NCBI GenBank assembly: GCA_964035575.1
Contig: OZ037843.1
Span: forward strand, 124,001 to 188,000
Reading direction: 5' to 3'
Source of the DNA: Rhynchopus sp. YZ270_cl-10
Lineage: Eukaryota
DNA: 64,000 nucleotides
Part shown: positions 10,804-20,911 of the stretch, one piece after another
Layout of the letters: every line of letters begins with the position of its first letter
Position numbering within the stretch: the first letter of the stretch is position 1
Notes under the pieces: generated by a model
What the model was told of the DNA's origin: nothing
Databases searched by the model: none
What the model saw: the letters and a program-made list of their open reading frames with translations, nothing else
Translations under genes and position numbers: made by a program

Positions 10804-13419
10804 TCAGTGCATTACCACAACGAACGGTGCATAAGCCTTCTGCCGCACATAGCCGGTAAGCTCTTCGTAAGGTGTGCGTTGGTCCTGAGCGACGCTGTCC
10901 AACAGAGAAGACGCCTTCTCAAAGTCCTGTTTAATGATGTGCTCGAAGACCTCGTTCCACAGTGCGTGCGGGTTGTTTGAGGCAGACTCCAGCTGGTACA
11001 TCCACTCCTCGTTTTCGCTGGTGCACAGACCCTTCACAGCAAACACAGTCTGCACATTCTCACTCAACTTCTGGTACAGCACAGCACCTACACACTGGAG
11101 CACTACCTGTCCCTCAGCCTCACGTGACATGCTACGGTCAATGACACCAGGCAAGTTGCACTTCTTGTTCCAACGCTCAAGCACAACTACCCACGACATG
11201 GACTGCGAAAGAATCGACACCTTCTTCATCCCGTTGCAACCCATGTTCCCGACACGTGCCTCGCCTGTCGTGCACCCATACGAGATCTTGTGCACATCGC
11301 CAAGTGTTGCTGCTATTTTGCGTGCAGCCTTCACACAGGAAACACTGTGCGATGCGGTCGGAACAAAGGCGTTGAAGGTGGCAAGCATCTTGTCGCCAGC
11401 AAACGTGTCGCACACCCCCTTGTTGCGCTGCACTGCTGTCAGGATCGTCTCAATCACACCTGCGTGTGCGGAGAGCACCTCTGCGTCCTTGTGCTTCTTG
11501 CAGAAGGCGTGCCACAACACGACGTTCATGTGTGCCAGCGACACCTTCTTCTTCTTCATCCCTTCCACACGCAGCAGTGCCTTCTGGTGCTGTGTCTCAA
11601 CAACTGAACTCTGTGACGTGTGTGAATGCTTGGACCTGCCTGACTGCGATGTCGTCTCCTGTGAGGACTTTGTCACAGACACTTCCTCATTCTCGGTGTC
11701 GTTGACAAGCACACTCTGCGGCATGTAGTTCCGGTACTCCACCAGGTTCGCCACCATGGTAACAAAGCTGCGCTGCATCACCCCCACTTCACTCAGCTGC
11801 GACACTGCACGGCCCGTGTCCACAGCCTCCAGGTCCATCACAGCCACACTTGCCATCTCACTCCCAAGCTTCAGCAGAGGTGACGTGATGTGGCGTGTGA
11901 ACACAACAGCAATGGCAAGAAGTCCGATCACCGCAACAGCCGTCACAATCACCATCACAGTCACCGCATCCTCCTTCTGTGCGTCTGCAGAGGACAGATC
12001 TGATACCACCTTCGCACGGATTGCATTCGTCGACGCATCAATCGTATCCATCACAGACGCCCGAGGCACAAGAAGGGTTGAATACCAGAAGATAGTGCTG
12101 TGTTCAATTGTCGACGTAATTGTCCAGAACTCCGTGCCGTTCGAGTCAGACCACTTCAGGAAGGAGTCCTCTGTCTTCTCCACAAGGTCTCTGTAGTTCT
12201 GCGGGTGTGTGAACACAAACCGCCCGTGCTCTGCAATCACTGAGGGGATGTCCGACGTCGCGTCTTCCATCGAGTGGTTCGTGATGTTGATGCCCGACGC
12301 AACGAGTTCACTACTGCCCCACCAGGTGGTTATGTTCGACATCACCACCTGCCGTCCGCTGTTGTACGCGACAAGTGTCCCCACTGCACCAGACGCACGG
12401 TCGTCCTCCACCAGGTACAGCGACGTGCCAGTCGGGAGCAGCTGTGCACGCACCACGTCGGTTACTCCGTCTGCAGTCAAGGTTGCACCGACGGAACCCA
12501 CACGCTTGCCCTGCTTGGGGAACAGCGTGTACATATCTGGGTGGGTGTAGGTGTAGGTGAGCACCCAGGCCACGTAGTCCCACTGCACCTGCATGCTTGA
12601 GTAGACGAGCGTGTCTGCAGGGTTCAGGGGTGGCTCATCGGCACTCAGGTAGTGCAGCTGTTTCCCTCGCTGGGCAATGACCGGGTTGTCAAGGGGTTCA
12701 GCGTCAGAGACGGGGAATATGCACAATCCACGCAACACATCTTTGTTGTAGTCAGGATTGTAGTTGCACGGCAGTGAGGGGTCTCTGATGTCACCCAGTT
12801 CGTTGATTTCTGTGTATATTGAGTAGTCGGAAAGTCCCTCTGCCAGCGTCAGGTGGTCACGTGACTCATACAGCATAAGAATCTTCGTGCCGTTCGTAGG
12901 TAGCACACCACTCGCAGGATTCGCAATCCTGTGTGTGAACCGCGAGCCCCACCCTGCAAACCCGTCACCCCTCTTCCACGGAACAGGATGTGCCGCACTC
13001 CACGCGTAAGCTTCGTGATTGATCTCGGTCACCCCAGCCGTCATCCCAGCCTTAAAAGCAGACAAGACTGCAGGACGCATTATTGTGCGAGAAAAGGCGG
13101 GGTTCGTGGTGACGTTTGGGTGGTGTGCCCTCGCCAGGTTGGCAAGCGCGATCACAAGCTGCTCAGGCACCTTCAGGTACTCCTTCACCGCCGTGTCCAC
13201 GTTGCCAAGAACAGAGCGCAGGTAACGTGCCGAGACCGTTTCGATGTCCGCCGTACCACTGTCGAGACACATCCCGAAGCCCTCGTCACCTGTGTCACGT
13301 GCCTTCTCCAGAAGGTCGTCCCATGTTGACAGAGTGAAGCCACCGATGATCGCACCTGTCGACAGAATCAGCACCACACACAGCAGTATTGTCAGCGACT
13401 GGATGCCACACGACACCAT
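10804..13419 (-). CDS. Receptor-type adenylate/guanylate cyclase-like protein, copy B (871 aa; 2 TM, HAMP, degenerate class III cyclase domain)
   Basis: Intact 871-aa ORF with an N-terminal TM (LTILLCVVLILSTGAIIGGF), second TM (VMVIVTAVAVIGLLAIAVVF), HAMP-like ITSPLLKL...EVGVMQRSF and cyclase-like motifs. Confidence 0.9.
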   Translation of the reverse strand: MVSCGIQSLTILLCVVLILSTGAIIGGFTLSTWDDLLEKARDTGDEGFGMCLDSGTADIETVSARYLRSVLGNVDTAVKEYLKVPEQLVIALANLARAHHPNVTTNPAFSRTIMRPAVLSAFKAGMTAGVTEINHEAYAWSAAHPVPWKRGDGFAGWGSRFTHRIANPASGVLPTNGTKILMLYESRDHLTLAEGLSDYSIYTEINELGDIRDPSLPCNYNPDYNKDVLRGLCIFPVSDAEPLDNPVIAQRGKQLHYLSADEPPLNPADTLVYSSMQVQWDYVAWVLTYTYTHPDMYTLFPKQGKRVGSVGATLTADGVTDVVRAQLLPTGTSLYLVEDDRASGAVGTLVAYNSGRQVVMSNITTWWGSSELVASGINITNHSMEDATSDIPSVIAEHGRFVFTHPQNYRDLVEKTEDSFLKWSDSNGTEFWTITSTIEHSTIFWYSTLLVPRASVMDTIDASTNAIRAKVVSDLSSADAQKEDAVTVMVIVTAVAVIGLLAIAVVFTRHITSPLLKLGSEMASVAVMDLEAVDTGRAVSQLSEVGVMQRSFVTMVANLVEYRNYMPQSVLVNDTENEEVSVTKSSQETTSQSGRSKHSHTSQSSVVETQHQKALLRVEGMKKKKVSLAHMNVVLWHAFCKKHKDAEVLSAHAGVIETILTAVQRNKGVCDTFAGDKMLATFNAFVPTASHSVSCVKAARKIAATLGDVHKISYGCTTGEARVGNMGCNGMKKVSILSQSMSWVVVLERWNKKCNLPGVIDRSMSREAEGQVVLQCVGAVLYQKLSENVQTVFAVKGLCTSENEEWMYQLESASNNPHALWNEVFEHIIKQDFEKASSLLDSVAQDQRTPYEELTGYVRQKAYAPFVVVMH

Positions 13420-14649
13420 TATTCTGTGTACAGAAAGGGAGGAAAGTGTCTGCGGATGTGTGGTATGGTGTGGGACACAGCTGAGAATACATAAAACAAC
13501 AGCACCTTTTACCTATTTTTTTTTTTTTTTTTTTTTTTTTTGTATTTTTGCTTTTTTTTTTTTTTTTGTGTCCTCTTTTTTTTTGTTTGTTTTTTTGTTT
13601 TTTGTTGTTGTGTTGTCTGAACGTGATACTTGTGAGTAATACTGTTTCAGGGTATCTGGATGACTGAGGGGCCTGTTTGCTTTTTGCTGGGAGGGGGAAA
13701 GGGACGGGAGCATCGTATAGGGAAGGTGAAGGCGCCTGAAGAAACATATAAAAAAAAAATAATAATAATAAAAAACAGAAACGTTTATCAGATGAACTCA
13801 AGCCTCTCCGTGCTTAGTCACCTTAAAAAAACATTCACATTTCTCTCCAAAACCCTTAGAGAAATGAGCTGCGGTGGTGGGTAAAAAACTGGTCAGTGCT
13901 TTTTAAAAAAAAAAGAGGAAGAGGGGAAGGGGGAAAATAAGACTATAAAAAAAAAAAAAAACACAAAACAAGGATACGAAGTTGAAAAAAATATTGGGGT
14001 GGGAACTTCTCATATTGATGACAGTTTTGAGAGAGAAATATGGGGAGCGGGAGGGGGAAAAAAAAAATGTTTTTTTTTTGGGGGGGGAAGCAAAAATACA
14101 AACTGTAGAGAACGGTGGGATGGGTGGGGAATGGGACGAGGGGGTACATGATACCGGTCAGATACACCACGAAGTAAATGTGGCGCTGCAGGCATGCAAA
14201 CAATTTTGACGCCGTCCGCAAATTTTATAAATAAAAATGATATCTCGAAAGGATACCATAAAAATGCGTATTTTTAGTGATAAGGTGGGTGGGGGGAGGA
14301 GGAGAGATGAAAGACATTGAAAAAAAAAAAATGTTTGGTTGTTTAGTTGAGTGGAAATACGACAACAGCTATTTTGTTGTGTCGACAATCACCTACCGAG
14401 GTAGGATCTGTACACAATGTCGCCCTTTTTTTTTTCCTTCTTCCTTTTTGATAATTTTTGTTTTAGTAGCTTGCCGGAGCAGTCTTCACTTTTTGGTCCA
14501 CTCTAAAAAGTAAATCAATTTATCGCGATTTTTTGGTTTTTTTTTTTTTGATTTTCATTTGGAAGACAACAAGAGCGTATTCTTGGGTCCTTTGTGTCAT
14601 GTTATCGACAAAACCCGGAAAAATAGCTCTCATGCATGCATCTGCCAAT

Positions 14650-14681
<32 letters not shown>

Positions 14682-16822
14682 CCCTTTTTTTTTTTGCTGA
14701 GTCGTTCCTGACGCGGTAAACCGATACTTTCCTTTTCCCTTTTTTTTTTTTTTGATTTGACCATTTTTTTTGTGCGCCTTTTCCTTTGTTCTGTGGCAAA
14801 AAAAAAAATAAGGGAGGGGAGAGGTGGGGGAGGAAAAAAAGGGATGATTTACAACTGGGGGAGAGGGAGGGAGCAAGAGCTAGAATTTCGTGGGGTGTAC
14901 GACAATGTTTTTTTTTTTAATTTTTTTTTCCCTTTTTTTTTTTTGGGTACAAACGCCCAATATGATAGAAAAAACCAAAAAAAGGCAAAAAAAAACAATA
15001 AAAAAAAAACACAGTTTCGCGTTTTTTTTTTCTCTTTTTTTGGGGAAAAATTCCAGTGTGTTAGTACACTTCACCCCCGTTTTTTTTTCACGCGTATGTT
15101 GTGCGATTTTTGTGTGTTTAAGTTTGTGTAGTTTTCCTCTGGACAGCAGGACGGTGGCCTTAAGTCGGCATCCGATTCACATGATAATAAGCGTAACAAC
15201 TCACCTGCTGCTTTAAAAAAAAAAGAGGAAAAAAACAGAAAAAAAATCTTCCCCTAAAAGGGGAAGATAGGAGAGAGGCAGGGTTTCACTTTAGCTTCTA
15301 GTACAAATTCTGATGAAGTCCGACGTAGTTTTGTTGTGTCGACAAAAAAATAAAATAAAAAAAAGTAAAAAATAAAAAACGCCTAACGCCACCCACCCCT
15401 TCTTGGTGTAGGGCAACCCAGGGTCTAATTCAGGCCGAAGCCTTTTTTTTTTTGCCATTTTTAAAAATAAAAAAGAAACATCATCAGACACAGCTTTTCT
15501 AATAATACACTGTGGGTTAGGGGGGGTGTGGGGATTACAAATCGGGGTTCATTTGCTATCCCCAAATGGTATTCCGCAATGTGCTTCTCCCCACATCCCC
15601 CAGGCCAACAGTGCAAAGGCATGCATCAGGAAACAAAATCAAATTTAGAAAAAAATTTAAAAGATGGACAAGCCTCCTTCATGCACAAAAGCATCTTTCA
15701 AATATTAGAAGGAAAAAAAAAATACACACATTGTTAGGAGAAAGAGGACATAAAGGGAGAGGAACAAGAATCAGGCACCAAAAGACTAGTCTTCCAACAG
15801 TCCCTTCCCCTGCACTATCTGGGTTCCTCCTCAACCTCTTCTTCTTTCCCCTTTTATTTTTTTTTTTGAAAACTTGGTTGTATTAGTGTAGCCACCCGAG
15901 GATGAACTCCACTATTTTTTAAAAAAATTTACACAAAACATTTTGTTGTGTGTCGACAATCAGCTGAACTAAAACCCCTACTTTTGGACCAAAGAGAAAC
16001 GATTTTTGCCCAATGTCCATTTTTTTTTTTTGAAAAAAACAAAAAAAAAACGATAGCGCAGGCTATGTAAACCTACACTACATTTTTTTGGGGAGGGAAA
16101 CTTTTTTGCTTGGATGATATGCTTATTTTTTGTTGAAAAAATTTTGACAACGTGTAGACACCCAACCCTCTGTGAACTCCACACATTTTTTTTTTGAAAG
16201 TCGACAAAAAAAAAATCCCCTGTGACAGGTTCTGTTCACAATGTCAACCAAGAAGACTGGGAATGAGGAATGGGAGATGGAGGGTACACCCTGCTACAGC
16301 ACAAACCACAGAAAACAGAGTTTTTTTTTTTATATTTTTTTGGATTGATTGAGATCTTGTGTTAGCAGGGGTTTTTTTTTTGGGAAGGGCAAAAAAAGAG
16401 ACACGAAAAGAGAGAAAAAAATGGGGGGGTTGGTGATCACCTATCTCCCCTCAGATTGATCACCTCAAAAAAGAAAATCCAGATGTGAAAAAAAAAACAT
16501 CGGGGGAAGGGAGGGGGGGCATGAAATAGCGCAAGCAGCCACAGGGGAGGAGGGATGGGAGGGGAACTAAAGATCGATGCCTTCTCTCTCTTCGCGTACA
16601 CATCTTTTTTTAAAAAAATATAGAAATTTTTTTGAACCAAAAATTTGAGCCGGGGGATCTGGGGGGGGACATTATTGTGTATGAGGGTGTTTTTTTTTTT
16701 TTCGTTGGGTTTGTAGCAATACACATAGTTTTATAACAAAACTGTACAAGACGAAGTCCTAAATAAAAATAAAACAAAAAGAAAAAAGGAAAAAAGATAT
16801 AAAATAAACTAAAATTAAAGAG

Positions 16823-17091
16823 GGGGGGGTTTGAAAATGTTTTTTGTATGTTTTGAAAGTGCTTTGTGCTCTGTTTAATTTTGCTTGATAGTTTTGTAGA
16901 CGTGGAGTTGGAGAGGAAGGGCGCGTTACTTTGTATGAGATTACGACTTATCCTCTTTCTCAGCCACTGTCAAATATCCTTGTTATTTGTTTGTTTATTT
17001 GCTTGTCTTCGTTGAAAGAAACGAAAACAAAAAAAAAAAAAAAAAAAAAAGGGGGGTTGATAAAAGAGGGTACAGCCAGTACACCTTCCCT
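16823..17091. repeat. ~270-bp dispersed repeat, second copy at ~23752-24026
   Basis: Near-identical GGGGTTTGAAAATGTTTTTTGTATG...GAGGGTACAGCCAGTACACCTTCCCT. Confidence 0.9.
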
Positions 17092-18548
17092 TTTGTAGAG
17101 GGGGGGGTTTGGATCGACGCTCCAGCGTCGATCCAATAATGCCGAAAACCGTGAATGTAGCTTCGAAAGGTAAAAAAGAAGAAGAGGAAAAATGTCAGAC
17201 ACATGTTACCTCTGTATGCAAGTACTTCAAATTAAACAAAGAGGTGCAGGCTGAAGGGAAAATAAAAAAAAAATATAATTTCTCTCGCAAAGAAATTCCA
17301 AGAAAAAAATAAAAAGTTTTGCCTTTTTTTTTGAGGTGACCAGCCTCTCGTTACCACCTGATAGGTGAAAGATGAACACTAATAACACTAATTACGCCAT
17401 CAAAAGCACAAGGACATGAGTTTTTATTTTTTTTTTTTTCAAAAATGGATGAAAAAAAAAACGCACTATTTTTGATGTTCTGAATGATGTGCGGAGTATT
17501 GTAGCTTTTTGAATCGGCAAAAAGCACAGTGCAAAAAAAAAAACGAACCTCCCCAAAAGGGAAAACTAAATGTGTCACTCAGAATGTTGGACGAAGCTGT
17601 TTTTTTCGCCCGCTTTTTTTTTTTTTTCTTTCTCACAAAAGCATGCTCGAAAAAAGCCTTGAACGAATGCAAGGGGAGAGAGGGGGTAAGGTAACAACGT
17701 TTTTTGTGTCTAAGATGAATGCACAAGACACTCTATGATATAAAGTCATCTTTTTTGACACAAATACGGTTGGGCTACAAGGCAAAGTGTACATCGGGCA
17801 AAATACCTGCTAACGCTCAGAAGAAGAAAAAAAGATTTCAGTTTTCTTTTCCCTCCCCAAAGTACAGTGACACATTTTTGGGGTCCTCAAAAAAAATAGC
17901 TTCATTTTTTTTTTGTTGAGGATTTGTGTAGTAGATTTGCTTTTCAAAGTTATGTATGACATGAAGGCCAAGAGAAAGGGTGTGTTGCTTGGTTGAGATT
18001 GATGACTCATTGGTTACGATCTCAGAACTATGAAAAGATGTTTTAAAACTACATAGGCTTTTGTTGTATTGCCACTTTGTCATGACACGTGATTCACTTG
18101 TCATTTTTTTTACTTGTCATTTCATTTGTAAAAATAACAAGTTTTTTTCTTCAAATTGTCGATTGTCGCTTGGGTCCCGTCGTGTATGGCCTTTGGTGAG
18201 GGGAGGGGGAGGAGGACACACACTCAAAAATTGAAATTAAAAATAAAAAAATAGGCCGTGATATGAACCGTGTCTTCATGTGCAACCTTTGTGTGTGTGT
18301 GTGTGTCCCCTCGGACTCCCCCCTCCCCCCTTTAGGAATGCTAACTTTGATTATTTTCTGGAATTGGCCAACAAAAAAAGAAAAAAGTGTCGATTTTGTC
18401 GTTCCCTCAACCCTTCCTTTCTCGTAGTTGTTTTGACGCTTCCACAATCTTTCACCTGGTGGGTGGTGTTTGCGGAGCCACGGTTGAGTTGAGTGAACGA
18501 CGTGACACTTTCCGCTCACAAAGCAGTGTGCGTAAAATAAATAAACTA

Positions 18549-18817
18549 CCGACCCTCCCCCGTGAAATTGTCCCCCCCCAAAAACCGGATTTTTTGCCCC
18601 GACGGACAATTTCAAGGCAGGGGGGGACAATTTCAAGGGAGTCGCGGGGACAACCTTTGCTCTCCCTTCTTCACACCAAAACGGCCACCCCCCTACAGTA
18701 CGAGAAATTGTCCCCCCTTTTTGCCGTACGTGATATTGTCCCCCCCTCACTTTTCCCCCCAGGGGGGACAATTTCAAGGGGGTCGGAGGGGGGGACAATT
18801 TCACGGGGGAGGGTCGG
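18549..18817. mobile_element. Tc1/mariner-type MITE, 269 bp
   Basis: 30-bp perfect TIR CCGACCCTCCCCCGTGAAATTGTCCCCCCC, flanked by TA on both sides; internal GGGGGACAATTTCA subrepeats. Confidence 0.92.
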
Positions 18818-19261
18818 TACATTTTTTTTCCCCCCCCAACATTTCCCGCCCTCAAAAAAAAAATTACCTTTCTCAGCATCTAAATACAAATCAATTTTTA
18901 TGCACTTTCCATTAGAGAAAGCACACAAAGGACATTCAAAAAAAAAAAAAAAAAAACACATTCCAAGAAAAGAAAACTGAGCAACTAAAAGGGGGGGACG
19001 CTCTGGAATAGTTGGGTCAGGTGCCATCAATATATGTGGTGCAAATCTCTCTTCCCTTCTTTGATGAGTATTTTTATTTTCACTTTTTTTTTCTAGAACT
19101 TTGACAACCTATTTTGGGCAACGATCCTACAATTACGCTCAACTCCAAGAACAATGTGTGTGTTGGGATTAAAAAGGAGAGGTTTTGTTTGTTTGTTTTG
19201 TCTGTTTTTTTTGACAAATTTTTTTTTTTTGTCACTTTTTATCTACTGATTTATGCTGTTA

Positions 19262-19341
19262 TGGTGCTCCGGGAGGGGGTCGATATTGACAGGTCGCCGA
19301 CAGGTCGCTGACAGGTCGTTGACCGACTTCCGAAAGCACCA
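19262..19341. mobile_element. Tiny MITE (TGGTGCT...AGCACCA); relatives at 20316-20373 and inverted at 42967-43079 and 62690-62802
   Basis: 7-bp TIR flanked by TA on both sides, internal GACAGGTCG repeats, multiple copies in both orientations. Confidence 0.75.
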
Positions 19342-20704
19342 TATTACTTTCCTATTTTTTGTGTTGGGATTTCTGTTGTTTTGCTTTAGTTTTTTTCACA
19401 ACGATTTAGAAAGACGTGCAATAATACTCTGCCTGAAAAAATGAAGAGGGAAAAGAACAAATGGTATTCAGGAACCTCTGAATACAAAAAAAAAATACAA
19501 ACAAAAAAAGTTGACTTGAAATACAACAGTACTTCGATACAAAGAAAACTTGACAGATGGATGTGCTCTCGTGCACACACATCCGTACAAAGAGATTTTT
19601 TTTTTTAAATTTTTTGCGTCATCCTACGTTTTGAGGGTATTGCCAGGGGAGCAGAGTCTCGCTGCCTAACAAACCCAAAAAAAAAAAAAACGGATGAGAA
19701 AAAAGAAAAAAAAAAAGAGAGGTTTGGCCAGATTACCCGAAAAGGGAGAAACTTTTAAAAAGAAATAAATGTACGTTCTTCCCCTTCTGCACATTGTTTG
19801 TCTATACAAGGTGTTAAAAACGGTTGCAATCCTGAAAAAAAAAAAAAATACCTTAAATTTTACGTATAGTTCTCTCCCAACAGCTAATACCAAAAACCCC
19901 GTTCGTCTTTTTTTGTTTTGATAAATTGTCGTGCTTCTGTGTCTGGGATTGCACACGGCGCTTTTTTTTTGTTGTTGTGTTTTTTTTTTTTTTTTTTTTG
20001 GGTGTTTTCCTCAAGGGGGGCAGATGATTAGGACGTTGTTGTTGAAAGAAAAGATGAAGTTGTCCATCAGCATCGTCATCTAGGATGGGTGGGGTGGGGT
20101 GGGTGGGAGAGGAACACACCTCCCCTCAATGGAATAATTTTCACAGAAACAAAAAAAAAGAAAAATTGAACGGATATTTTCCCCGGAAAAGAAAATTACC
20201 GGTGCACTCGCGTGGGAAAAAAAAAAACTTTAGAAAAACTAGACGTGCTAAAAGTACCCCACGAGAGGCAATGCACGTCTTTGTTGTAAGAAGAAAAAAA
20301 AAAAAAAGGCGTTGTTGGTGCTGCGGAGGGAGTCAATATTGACAGGTCGTTGACCGATTTCCCCATAGCACCACGTGTGTGTTTTTTTTTTTTTTTTTAT
20401 AAAAATTTAATTGAATTTTATGGTTTGGTTTTTTTTTTTTTCAGTATTCTGTGTCTGGGGGCATTTCGTTGTTTTTCCCGTTAGACTCCGCTAGACTCAC
20501 GTTACACTTTTTCTTTTTCATTTCTTTTCTTTTCTTTTCGCATTTTGGGAACGGTTGAGACAGACTGAAACAAAACCCTCCCCCTTCTTTCCCAAAGGCT
20601 AAGCAAAGAAAGAAGAAAAATGTAAAAAAAAAAAAAAAAAAAAAAAACCAAATTATAACGACTTTATCCCTTTTAAGGGCGTGGTTGCGGAACATAGGGA
20701 AGTG

Positions 20705-20911
20705 CACGACGGTGAAGTATAGTACATTACAAGTGAAGTTACATGTAACGTTACAAGTGAAAAACCGTTACAAGTGAGTTACAAGTGGGATACATGAATT
20801 ACAGGCAAAATCAGGTTGTAACTGGTGGGTTACAAGTGAGTTACATGTAACAAAAGTTACATGTAACTCACTTGTAACTCCACTTGTAACACCCGTTACA
20901 TCACCGTCGTG
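20705..20911. mobile_element. MITE with GTTACAAGTG/GTTACATGTAAC subrepeats
   Basis: 11-bp TIR CACGACGGTGA/TCACCGTCGTG, flanks TG and TA (possibly a mutated TA TSD), palindromic internal repeats. Confidence 0.7.
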
